A program made the position numbers and the translations under genes. From the NCBI GenBank assembly GCA_965249595.1, contig OZ252242.1:848569-912568 (forward strand): a stretch of 64,000 nucleotides of DNA, in the 5' to 3' direction. Shown in pieces: positions 49,895 to 60,149 of this stretch. The notes beneath the pieces are model-generated. The model searched no databases, was not told the origin of the DNA, and saw only the letters and a list, made by a program, of their open reading frames with translations. Within the stretch, counting starts at the first letter, position 1, and every line of letters begins with the position of its first letter. The stretch is from Chloroflexota bacterium. GTDB lineage: Bacteria > Chloroflexota > UBA11872 > VXNJ01.

Positions 49895-51256
49895 CTAGCC
49901 GGCTTGGGCCATCGGGTCGTTGGCGCCGGCCAGAGTGTCGGACAACAAGCCTTGCAATTGCCTTAGCGAGCCGGCCATCTCGGGATCGCCTGCCAGGTTG
50001 TGAGTTTCCAGCGGATCGCGGGCAATATCGAAGAGTTGCCAGTGTTCAACGCCATCACCGGCGGTGTGGATTAACTTGCGATTGCCGCGGCGGATCATTC
50101 GCTGGTGCGGGGTGGCCGGATCGGCGCTACGTTCAAGCTGCATCGAGGCGAAAACCTGCTCGTGAACGGTGCCGGCCGCGTCGGTCAAGGCCGGCGCCAA
50201 ACTCGCAAAATCGCAGTGCTCGGGTACTGCCACGCCGGCCGCTTGCAAGAGGGTCGGGTTGAGATCGTGCTGGTAGCACAGCGTATCGGCAATCGTCCCG
50301 GCGGCCACACCCGGGCCGCGGACGATTAAGGGCACCCGCATGCTGTGGTCGTAGAGATTCTGTTTGCCGAACAGCCCATGTTGACCGACCGCCAGTCCGT
50401 GGTCGGCGGTGTAGACAACGATGGTCTCGTCAGCGATTCCTTCCTCATCTACGGTATCGAGGATCTGTCCCACGCATTCATCCAGGTGTGAAATCATCCC
50501 GTAGTACTCGGCGAGGTGTCGCTGAACCTCGCTGGCCTCGCGCGGGCGCTTGGCCAATACCTCGTCGCGGATTTCGCCGAGCTGGGTATCGAATGGATGC
50601 GACGGCAGATAGTTGCCCGGTAGCTCGATCTCGTCAGGAGGATATTGGGCGCGCCAGTGATCCGGCGGGGTGCGGGGATCGTGCGGAGCGGTAAAAGCCA
50701 CATAGAGGAAGAAAGGTCGATCGGGCTGCCGGTTTTTAATAAATTCGATGCCTGACTCAGCCCAAATTTCCGACGAGAACCCCTCGGCCAGATAGCCGTC
50801 TTCGGGCGGGTAGGCACCGGTCGGATCAAAGTCGTGGACCGGAACCGCGTCATGGTCGGACATGCCGCCGAACATGATTCGGGCGCCGCTGTCAAACCCA
50901 CGGCTGAATGACGCCTCGCCGTTGTGCCATTTGCCAATACCGCAGGTCTGGTAGCCGGCTTGGCCGAGCAGTTCGGGCAGCATCGGCAAATCATCGCGGA
51001 TGGGGTACCACGAGGGATGGGGTTGACCGTCGGCAAACACGTTGAACAAACCGGCCCCGGTCATGAGCATGGCCCGCGACGGCATGCACACGGCACCGGA
51101 GGTCGATCCGTTCATGTAGGCCTGCGTAAACTGCGTACCGCCGCCGGCCAAGCGGTCAAGGTGTGGCGTACGCACCTGGCTATGGCCGACCCCGCTGAGA
51201 CAGTCATGGCGGTGGTCGTCGGCGATCAGCACGACGATATTGGGCTGGTTAGCCAT
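49895..51256 (-). CDS. Sulfatase (formylglycine-dependent arylsulfatase family)
   Basis: 'NIVVLIADDHRHD' and FGly motif 'CMPSRAMLMTG'. ATG at 51256 (MANQPNIVV), no signal peptide. Confidence 0.85.
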   Translation of the reverse strand: MANQPNIVVLIADDHRHDCLSGVGHSQVRTPHLDRLAGGGTQFTQAYMNGSTSGAVCMPSRAMLMTGAGLFNVFADGQPHPSWYPIRDDLPMLPELLGQAGYQTCGIGKWHNGEASFSRGFDSGARIMFGGMSDHDAVPVHDFDPTGAYPPEDGYLAEGFSSEIWAESGIEFIKNRQPDRPFFLYVAFTAPHDPRTPPDHWRAQYPPDEIELPGNYLPSHPFDTQLGEIRDEVLAKRPREASEVQRHLAEYYGMISHLDECVGQILDTVDEEGIADETIVVYTADHGLAVGQHGLFGKQNLYDHSMRVPLIVRGPGVAAGTIADTLCYQHDLNPTLLQAAGVAVPEHCDFASLAPALTDAAGTVHEQVFASMQLERSADPATPHQRMIRRGNRKLIHTAGDGVEHWQLFDIARDPLETHNLAGDPEMAGSLRQLQGLLSDTLAGANDPMAQAG

Positions 51257-51525
51257 CTGGAACTCCGCTTCTTTAAGATCGGTCCCGAAAAAGAATCTAA
51301 AACTGGCAAGGCCATCAATCAAATATTCGCTTGGCGCCCCGGGAAACGCCTAATCAGCGGAAGATCCGGGCTGTTTGATTCCTGCCGATTCCACTTTGAG
51401 TTTCAGCTGCTGCCACGCTGGCATGACTACCTTCGCGACCGGGCATCGCACTTCGGCCTCCGCTGTTTGCCGCCCCGGAGTACGCTCCAACCGATAGCCG
51501 GGCGACGCGCTTCCCGCGGCTGGCG

Positions 51526-52418
51526 CTAGGAGGGGATGAAGTTTCCTGCCGCTACGTCGGCCATTGCGGCCAGAAACAATGCCGCCAGGTAGGCCAATGA
51601 ATAGAAGTAGAGGCCCTTTGCGCCCTCTATCCCTTCGGATCTGAGCAGGCGAATGGCGCCGAATACGAAACCGACTCCCAATGCAGATGCGCCGAGCAGG
51701 TATGTCCAGCTGACCACACTGGTGGTGCTAAGGCTTGCCGAAAGGACAACTAACGCCAGCGTGTAGACAAGGATCTGCCGCTTTGTCGTCTCAAGGCTGG
51801 AGACTACCGGAAGCATCGGGATACCGGCCCGGGCGCAATCATCCTTCATCATCAGCGCCAAAGCCCAGAAATGCGGCGGCGTCCAGAAAAAATGATTGCG
51901 AAGAGAAAAACGGCCGGCAATTCGATCATCCCGATCACCGCCGCCCAACCCACCAGCGGTGGGACCGAGCCGGCGGCACCGCCGATGACGATGTTTTGTG
52001 GAGTGATGCGCTTGAGCCCGAGCGTATACACGTATATGTACATGAGGGTTCCACTCAGGGTGAGGGCGGCGGCGAGAAGGTTGAGAAACGTGGCCAGCAC
52101 CGCAAATGCGATGAAATTGAGGACGATTCCGAATACGATCGCCTGACGGGCCGAAATCCTGCCGCTGGCGACCGGCCGTTGGCTTGTTCGACGCATGCTC
52201 TGGTCGATGTCCCGTTCGGCACCGTGGTTGAGTGAATTGGCGCCGCCGGCGGCAAGATAACCGCACCCAAATACCAAAGCGGCGACCTGCGGGTCGGGCC
52301 AACCCCCGGCCGCTAAGACCATTCCGCCGCCGGCGGTGATGAGCAGCAGGGAAATGATGCGCGGCTTGGTGAGCGCGACATAGTCGCGGACGATGTGGGC
52401 CGCGGAATTGGCCGTCAA
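51526..52418 (-). pseudogene. ctaB: Protoheme IX farnesyltransferase (heme O synthase) interrupted by -1 frameshift in T6 homopolymer (or sequencing error)
   Basis: N-terminal part in ORF 51852..52418 ([14 protein letters not shown]...[11 protein letters not shown]). C-terminal part continues in other frame, ORF 51526..52302 ([13 protein letters not shown]...AGIPMLPVV). Junction at A6 run 51887..51892. One extra T would restore [11 protein letters not shown]. Confidence 0.6.
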
Positions 52419-53332
52419 GAGCTACTCCGGGATCTATCCGCGCCGATAGTGGGCAGCCTAAACCGTGATGGGTCGAACATGGCCACGATCATTGCTACTG
52501 CTCCGGCCCATACGAGGGTTGCAAAGGTGAGGTGGAACGACCGCATCACGGCCGCAAAATCGAACCAAACAATCGCTGCCCCGACGAGCAATTCCGTTGC
52601 CAAGAACCCGATCGTTAGGGCGACAAGCCATCGCAGTTGGCCCATCTCCGCGCCCAGGCGCCAGGCTCGTACGCAGGCCCAGATTACCAGGGCGGCGGCA
52701 AACAGGGTTGTGACCCGATGCCCCATGTTCACGACGAAGGCGGTGCCGTCGGGAATTCTGAGCCCTTGGCACATTGGCCAACTGGTGCAGCTGGCACCGT
52801 GATTGGCGCCAACCATGTAGGAACCGTACAAGATCACGCCCAGCAAAACGAATAGGGCCACCCATCCCAACAGGGTGTCGGACCGAGGCTTGGTGCCCGG
52901 AGATTCCCTGCCGCTGATAGGCGGACCAGTGGGCCCGCTCGCCAGGTAGGCGACGGCGATGCTTGCAACCAGCATTTCCGCCAGCAGCAAATGGATCAGC
53001 CGGATCCACCATGTGAGTTCGCTTAGCACGGTGAGCCCGCCGAGCACGGCGGCCGCCACCACCAATGCCAGGGAAACACTGGTCGCAATCAAGGCCGGTT
53101 TTACGCGCCGCATTTGCTTCCAAGCCAAAAAAGCAGCCAGCAATACCAGAACACCGAGGGCGGACGCCGACAGGCGGTGCCCAAATTCGATCCATACGTT
53201 TGGATCAAGCGGCGGAATGATCTGCCCGTGGCAGAGCGGCCAATCGGGGCATGCGTCGCCCGATCCGGTGACCCGGACAATGCCGCCCAGGGCGGTTTGG
53301 GCGATCGCCGCCGCAAGCCCCAGCAACGTCAC
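52415..53332 (-). CDS. ctaA: Heme A synthase
   Basis: 'CPDWPLCHG' and second 'CTSWPMCQG' Cys pairs, 8 TM helices. ATGA overlap with ctaB. Confidence 0.85.
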   Translation of the reverse strand: MTLLGLAAAIAQTALGGIVRVTGSGDACPDWPLCHGQIIPPLDPNVWIEFGHRLSASALGVLVLLAAFLAWKQMRRVKPALIATSVSLALVVAAAVLGGLTVLSELTWWIRLIHLLLAEMLVASIAVAYLASGPTGPPISGRESPGTKPRSDTLLGWVALFVLLGVILYGSYMVGANHGASCTSWPMCQGLRIPDGTAFVVNMGHRVTTLFAAALVIWACVRAWRLGAEMGQLRWLVALTIGFLATELLVGAAIVWFDFAAVMRSFHLTFATLVWAGAVAMIVAMFDPSRFRLPTIGADRSRSSS

Positions 53333-53746
53333 GGTGTGGTACCGGGTCGGGCAGATGCTGGCTAGCGAGGTCGCTTTTTGCCGTATTGGCCTGATCAGAA
53401 TGCCGTGATCTCGCTAGAGGGGGTCTGCCGCGGGTGCGACGGTCGCGCATTGACGGCCGTGAGATGCCGGCGGCGAACCGCAAAATCCTAGCCTATGGCG
53501 CCGTGGCCAGCGACGTCTTATCGGTGGGCGCCAGGGTTGGGGCGAGCCGAAAATTGGCACTGGCAAGTGGCCGATCTCAATCAATCGGGGGCTTGCCGCA
53601 TCGCCGCCAACGCCCTCGCGATTTCCAGGGTTGCCGAGGTGTTGAAAGCGGGTGAGTCAAACCCGGCGGGTGGGAGCCCGTGGCCGATCGTTACTGGAAC
53701 GGTCCGGCAAACTCACCTTTGATCACGGGTAGCCAATGCCAGACCT

Positions 53747-54796
53747 TCAAGGATCGGGATCGCCATTGGCCGGATCGGCGTAGAACTGGTCACAGTAGGC
53801 GCGAAAGGCCCGTACCTCGCCGTCCGATCGGCAGAGACGCGGGTGCGACAGGTACTGTTTGCGGCCCCATATCACCACATCCTGCAAGACGTCTTTTACT
53901 TGCTGTGAGGCCATGAACTTGTTCATGACCGGGGCACGCAACCGGGGCGGAAGAAACCCAAAACCGGCAAACCAACGCTTTGGATTACGTATTTCGCGCA
54001 CCTGGGAGGCCAGCGACATGTCGATGACGGTGCCGTCGACGGGCGTCGCCAGGATCCAAAGACGCATCTCCATGTCGATCGAATGCTCAACGATCTCCAC
54101 ATATGAGTAGCCCAACCCAAAGATGTGGGTGTCGGCCGAGATATCGAAGTTGAGGCTGACGTTGCCAACGATATTGCGTGCCCTTCTAAAGTCGAAGCGG
54201 CTCCTGAAATAAGGGCCATCGATTGAAAGCGGCTCGACACGGTCGACGTTGTCATAGCCATGGACGTAGCGCAGATGCGCCAGGTCCACCGAGTTTTCGG
54301 TTGTCTCTTGTGGATGGCCGGCAAAGCGAAGAGTCCTTACCGCGATGTCGCTCCAACCGGATTGCTCCGGCGGATCCGCCGGAAGGCTCCATTGTGCCGG
54401 TCGGTCATCAATCCCCCACCAGGCGAAGATCAGCCCAACAAATTCGCGCGTCTCGAATACGCGCAGCCGTGCCGACCGGGGTGGGGCGGCAAAGGGAGTG
54501 GCGACGCACTGGCCGGTTGTATCGAACTCAAAACCATGGAACGGGCAAACCAGCCGCCCGTCGCAAACGCTCCCACCCCCTTCGGGTCCCAGATCGGAGC
54601 CCAAATGCGGGCAGATTGCCTCGGCGACACAGACGCGCCCGTCCGTGTCGTACCAGACGACGACGTTTTCGCCCATCCATGCCTGTTGGATGAGCCCGTC
54701 CTTGAGTACGGCCTTGCGGGTTGCGACGAAATACCAACCCTCGGGATAGGGGGAGGGCAACCGGGCGATGGCGGGTTCCCCGTGTCTCCTAGGCAT
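53747..54796 (-). CDS. Rieske [2Fe-2S] non-heme iron oxygenase, alpha-subunit-like
   Basis: Rieske motif 'CPHLG...(17)...CPFHGFEF', followed by catalytic domain with His/Asp-rich region (HLRYVHGYD). Confidence 0.8.
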   Translation of the reverse strand: MPRRHGEPAIARLPSPYPEGWYFVATRKAVLKDGLIQQAWMGENVVVWYDTDGRVCVAEAICPHLGSDLGPEGGGSVCDGRLVCPFHGFEFDTTGQCVATPFAAPPRSARLRVFETREFVGLIFAWWGIDDRPAQWSLPADPPEQSGWSDIAVRTLRFAGHPQETTENSVDLAHLRYVHGYDNVDRVEPLSIDGPYFRSRFDFRRARNIVGNVSLNFDISADTHIFGLGYSYVEIVEHSIDMEMRLWILATPVDGTVIDMSLASQVREIRNPKRWFAGFGFLPPRLRAPVMNKFMASQQVKDVLQDVVIWGRKQYLSHPRLCRSDGEVRAFRAYCDQFYADPANGDPDP

Positions 54797-55120
54797 CGAC
54801 CTTCCCTCCTAACGCGAATTTCGGATTGGTTGCTTGCTTGCCGGCCGCGAGCCCCGTCGAGGATGCGGGCGCGGCTCGACCATTGAATTTAGATGAACGG
54901 ACTCGATTTTCTTTCCCACTTCCTTCTCGAGGGTTTGGCCAAGTTCACAGGCCGGGCGCGGAACATCGAATGTTTGGCGGATTTGGGCCATGCGAGGCGA
55001 CGCAAGAGCCGGATTCAAAAACTTCGGACCCGGGTCACGCTTCTCGATTGGAGCGGCCAGGTTTGGGAATGCGGCAGTGAAGCCTAGACTTCGGTAAATG
55101 ACCCAAAGGGTGCCGGGCGG

Positions 55121-57149
55121 ATGACTCTCTCAACTGAACGTGTGGCGGTCCAACAACTGACTTTGCCCGAAGAACTCATCCTGATGCTCCTCAACGAAGA
55201 GAGCGGCTACTTTCACCAAGTACCGGGTTGGGACTTAAATTGCGCTGTTGCCGGCGCCGCATTGGCCGAACTTTCCCTCATATCCCGTATCGATACGGGA
55301 TATGACGTCCCTGATCCTCCTTGACGAGACCAGTACGGGCGATCCCGCCCTGGATCCCCTGCTCGAGGAAATTGCCGCCGAAAAAAACCGGCGGGGCACC
55401 CAATACTGGATTGAACGGCTTGCTCCGCGCGCCGAGTCGATTATTGATCTGACCCTGGATCGCCTAGTTGGCCTGAAGATCCTGCAGCACCACTCAGGCG
55501 ACTTCTGGACGTTGGCTCAGGCCGGCCGGCCGACGGATCACCGAAATGGTTCCAGCGATGGAACTGCGGCCGAATTCGTAAAGACTCGCATCAGTGGAGT
55601 GATTTTTAACGACGAGATTCCCACTCCGAGGGATATCGTAATAGTTTGTCTCGTCAATACCTGCGATCTATTTCGCTTCATTTTTCAACTCGATGAAGCG
55701 GCTGAGGAGCGCATCGAACTGACCTGCAAGATGGATTTGATCGGCCGGGCTATCGCCGCCGCGGTCACTCAGAACCTCTCCGGCCCACTGCGTCGCAGTC
55801 CCACCCTGTCCAAGCCAATACCTACTGTGCCGCTGCGCAAGCTGTTGCTAAATCGGTATCTTCGATCCGGCAACCTGCCTGCAATTTTTGCAGACCTTGC
55901 AAAGTCCTACGGCCCGGTGTTCCAGATCCGTCCGCCATTTTCAAAGCCGATGATCTTTTTCGCCGGACCGCGGACCAATCGCTGGACAAACCGGCATGGA
56001 CGCATGTACCTTAGCGCCCAGGAATACCTCTCGGACTTTGAGAAGGTCTTCGGCGCGCATGGGATCCTGCCGGCTATGGATGGCGCCGATCATTTCCGGT
56101 TTCGCAAGGCGCTGGCCCCGGCCTATTCGCGACAGCGTTTGGAAGCGCAACTCCAACAGCTCCTCCATCATGCTCGCGAGCATATGTCGGATTGGAATGT
56201 TGGCGACACGATCCAGGCGGGAACCATGTGTCGGCAGTTGATCAACGCCGAGCTATCGCCGCTTTCACTCAGCGTTTATTCGCAGGACATCATCGACGAC
56301 GTGGTCAAATTCAAGGAACGCGCATTGTGCACGCACGTTCTGAACATCATGCCCAAATTCATGCTCAATACCCCGGCAATGAAGCGGTACGCCAAAACCA
56401 TCGAAACGCTGCAGGACCGGGTGCAGGGCGGCCATACGCCCGCTCAGCGGGCCGGATGTCCGCGGGACCTTGCCGACGACCTGCTCAGCCTCCACGCGAG
56501 CGATCCGCAGTTCCTCCCGGCATCAAACCTGCGTTTTGCGCTGTCGGCGCCGCTAATCGCCAGCGTTTACCTTGGCTACGCCCTCAATTTCGCCGTTTAC
56601 GCTATGACATCACATCCTGCGCTCTACCAAAAAATCCGCGCGGAGGCCGATGCCCTCTTTGACAACGGCGATCCGGTTCGCGAGGATTTCACCCTGTCGG
56701 CGATCGAAGTCACCCACCGCTTCCTTATGGAGACCATGCGCCTGTATCCGATCATCCCGATGTCGATTCGAACCATAGTGAATCCGTGCGTCGTCGAGGA
56801 TTACGTAATACCCCTCGGGTCTCGCGTCTATATTGCCCAGACCGCCTCGCACTACATGGGCGACGTTTTTACCGACCCCACCACATTCGACATTGACCGC
56901 TACCTGCCTCCGCGCGAGGAACACCGCGGTGCCGGTTTCGCCCCCTACGGGCTCGGCACGCACACTTGTCTCGGATCCCAGTGGATGCAGCTGCAATTGG
57001 CCATAAACCTGTTGATGCTCGCGCACTACTTCACGATCGAGGTGTCGCCCGCCGATTACAAGCTTCGGATCAACCCGTTCCCTGCGCAGTCGCCGAGCAA
57101 GAAGCTGAAATATCACCTTGCCGCGCAAAGGCGCGAAATCCCTGCCTGA
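55121..57149 (+). CDS. GPP34/GOLPH3-like domain fused to cytochrome P450; N-terminal region interrupted by 1-nt frameshift at ~55309-55311
   Basis: ORF 55121..55324 'LTLPEELILMLLNEESGYF...WDLNCAVAGAALAELSLISRID' plus frame-shifted continuation in ORF 55248..57149 'LILLDETSTGDPALDPLLEEIA...YWIERLAP...LVGLKIL' together match GPP34 family. Same ORF continues into a complete P450 (ExxR 'ETMRLYP', heme loop 'FAPYGLGTHTCLGSQW'). Confidence 0.7.
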
Positions 57150-57318
57150 CGGACCATCACCCCATCCGTTCGTCACTCGTAAATCGCGCTTCTAAAGCGG
57201 CACAGAGCCTACTGACGGCCCAATTTCAATCCAGAAAACTAGCTGGCGGCGCAGAAGCGATCATCGAAATTGATTGCGTTGATTGGGGTGCTGGCGCTTT
57301 AACGCCCTGGGCCGCCAA

Positions 57319-59805
57319 CTAAGCCGAGGTCTGCTCCTTTTCGTAGCGCTGGCTGACCTCATCAATAGTGACGTCGAGATCGCCCCATAAGCGCTCCACC
57401 ATCGAGCGCAACCGCATGTTCTGGTATGCGCCCCAGACCGTCATCGCCGGCGGCACCAGCAAGATGGAGACGATCAGCGAGTAGGCGATCGTGATCGCCG
57501 CCGTGATACCGAACTGCTGCGATGCGGCCAACGGCGCGGCCGCCAGCACCCCGAGCCCGATCGCCGTCGTCATAGCCGAGCCCAACAGCGCCGAACCGGT
57601 GGTCGAGAGGGTCCGGATCGCCGCCATTTCTGGATTGCGCGACCTGGCAAACTCCTCCCGGTAGCGGTGGATCACATGGATCGTGTAATCGACCCCTATT
57701 CCGATCGAGAGCGCCGTGATTATTGAAGTGATCAGCGTGTAAGGGATACCAATTAGGGCCATCGTACCCAGCACCGAGGCCAGGACCAGAACGATCGGGC
57801 CCACGGCGACGACTGCCAGCGCCGGTTGGCGCAACGTCACCCAGAAGAAAGCGGCCAGGACGGTCAGGGCCACGGCGATGGTGATGCTAATCGACTCGGT
57901 CTGGCGTTCGGTTATCGAGTCCGTGACGGTGATCGAGATGATGGCCAAGGAGGTCGCTGTTATGGCTTCATCCTCGCCGATCCAGATCGCCTCTATTTCC
58001 TTCTGGAGCAACTTTGTCTGTTTGGGGTCGTCCGAGTAGGTCGGGACCTGCAGCAGAATCGCGTCAACTCCCTCAGGGTTATTCACCAGTAGCCGGGCCA
58101 CGGCGGGGTCGGCAGCCTCGAGTTTGTCAAGGACCTGCTGCATCAATCCTGGATCGAGCTGCACGCCGGCAGAGGCTTGCTGGAAGAGCGCGGCGAGTTC
58201 TGGATCGTACTTGTCGCCGGGTACCCCGCTGTCCTCGGTCCAGTCACGTAAAAGTGACTCATACGACGCGAGGATCGGCCCCGCTGCGGCACCGGGGCGC
58301 AACGTTTCGTCGGCAAAAGCGGCCGTGAGGTCGCGCACGTTCAGGAGCGTACGGGTTTCGGTGGCCTCGGCATTTATGAGAATGCTGGCCAGTTCGGTCG
58401 AACCGCCGACGGATGCATTGAGGGTGTCCATATCCGCCAGCACGCTCCCATCGCGCGGAAGAATGTCGCGGATGCTGAATTCAGATTCGAGCCCCGTGGC
58501 CGCGAAACCGAGGCCGATGGTGACGACGAAGACGGCAATTATGTAGGGGGCCGGCCTGCTGGTCACGCTCCGGCCGAGCAACCCGGCCGTCCGTTCGACG
58601 CCGGGCAGCGCTTGTGAGACCGGGCGCGGAGACGCCAGCGTGCCGCGCGCTTCGCGTCGCCGATCGATGATTGCCCGACCGGCCGGCAGCAGCGTCAACA
58701 TCACGAGCAGGCTCATTCCCACGCCCAGCCCTGCGATCACGCCGAAGTCGCCAACGATCTCGATCGGCGAGAACAGGCTCGCCAGCAAGCTCACGATTGT
58801 TGTGACCGCAGCCAGCGTCAGCGGGACGGTAACGATTCGCAGCCCTGTCCGGACGGATTCTGCTACCGGTTCGCCGGCTACGCGCTGCTCGCGATAGTGG
58901 GACACGATCTGGATCGCGTAATCAACCGTCAGGCTGATCACGATGATCGGCACCAGCGTCGTGAGCGAGTTCGGGGGGCCAATAAGACCCAGCCCGTTCG
59001 GCCCGAGCCAGCCCTCCGCCCCGATGATCGCCGCCAGCGCCAGAATCAGCCCGGTCAGGGTGAGCAGAACATCGGCGGGAGTGCGCAAAAAGAGCACCAG
59101 GAGGGCCACGATTAATAGGAGCGCCACGCCGGTTACCGGCAGCATTCCCTCCTCGGTGGCTTTCTGATATTCGTCCTCAATCACGGCCGGCGAAATACTG
59201 CTCACATCCAATGGCCCCTGATCCGTCGTCGCCAGCTCGTTGATCCTCCGTTCGGCGTCCTTGACGCGCTCGTCGCCGGTGTCGCGCAGGCCGATGTTGG
59301 CAATTGCGACCGGCGTCCCGTCGGAGTCGATTCCAGTTAGTGCTGAAAGCCCCTCGGCAATTCCTGGAGTAAGGCGCGCGGTGTCGATTTCCGCCTGCGA
59401 TACGGATGCCAGACTTTCCAGCTGAAGGGCGGCTTTGACCAGTGACGTGGGCGCGATGAGCGGATCACCTGACGCCAACAGGTCGCTCACGCCATCATCG
59501 TTGACGATGGAATCGAGAAGGGCATCCATCTGCGAAATCCCGCCGGGTGTAAGCGACTCCCCACGAAAGAGGAGCGTAACCACATTGGCCGCGCCTGATT
59601 CCCCGAAGGCCTCGTCGATCGCAACCAGAGTTTTGGCGACGGCGCTGCCCTGGGGAAGTGTCTCCTCGGTCGACGACGACGGCTCGCGCATCCCCGCCCC
59701 GGCAGCCAAAGCGAAGGTGACGATGCTGAGAGCGGCGATCGTAAGGTACGGGCGTACCGTGACCAGCCCGCTGAATTTGCCCAGTATCTGGTCAATAGGA
59801 CGCAA
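57319..59805 (-). CDS. MMPL-family (RND superfamily) membrane transporter
   Basis: 828 aa, two 6-TM bundles each preceded by large periplasmic loops, typical MMPL architecture. Confidence 0.85.
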   Translation of the reverse strand: MRPIDQILGKFSGLVTVRPYLTIAALSIVTFALAAGAGMREPSSSTEETLPQGSAVAKTLVAIDEAFGESGAANVVTLLFRGESLTPGGISQMDALLDSIVNDDGVSDLLASGDPLIAPTSLVKAALQLESLASVSQAEIDTARLTPGIAEGLSALTGIDSDGTPVAIANIGLRDTGDERVKDAERRINELATTDQGPLDVSSISPAVIEDEYQKATEEGMLPVTGVALLLIVALLVLFLRTPADVLLTLTGLILALAAIIGAEGWLGPNGLGLIGPPNSLTTLVPIIVISLTVDYAIQIVSHYREQRVAGEPVAESVRTGLRIVTVPLTLAAVTTIVSLLASLFSPIEIVGDFGVIAGLGVGMSLLVMLTLLPAGRAIIDRRREARGTLASPRPVSQALPGVERTAGLLGRSVTSRPAPYIIAVFVVTIGLGFAATGLESEFSIRDILPRDGSVLADMDTLNASVGGSTELASILINAEATETRTLLNVRDLTAAFADETLRPGAAAGPILASYESLLRDWTEDSGVPGDKYDPELAALFQQASAGVQLDPGLMQQVLDKLEAADPAVARLLVNNPEGVDAILLQVPTYSDDPKQTKLLQKEIEAIWIGEDEAITATSLAIISITVTDSITERQTESISITIAVALTVLAAFFWVTLRQPALAVVAVGPIVLVLASVLGTMALIGIPYTLITSIITALSIGIGVDYTIHVIHRYREEFARSRNPEMAAIRTLSTTGSALLGSAMTTAIGLGVLAAAPLAASQQFGITAAITIAYSLIVSILLVPPAMTVWGAYQNMRLRSMVERLWGDLDVTIDEVSQRYEKEQTSA

Positions 59806-60149
59806 TTTAATATTTGCAAAGTCCGCGGTTTCGGCTTGCGCTACCGCTCTGGGATATGCGGCGGCGGTCCCTCGCCGCGGCGATTCTTGATGGCAGCACT
59901 GCTTGCTGCCGGCAACCGGCCTGGCTCTGGTGCGCCCTTCGGATTGGCGCCGAAATAGGTATTTGGCTTTCAGAACTCCGCTGGCTACGCCAATTCCGGG
60001 CGTCCAATCGTCGCGATTGAAGCCAATAAACGGTCGCGGCCTGGGGAAAAAATTTGGTGCGGCTATTGGCCCTGGACAGGCGCAGTTGCCCGACGTCCCC
60101 GGCGCAGCGCACTTAGCGGTTCGCGCGCAGCGGCCTTAGAGATTTGGCG

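Noticed and set aside
51880-51900. Programmed ribosomal frameshift in ctaB as alternative to pseudogene or sequencing error
   Set aside because: Not excluded, but no downstream stimulatory structure was recognised. A second homopolymer frameshift in the window (55309..55311) makes sequencing error the simpler explanation.
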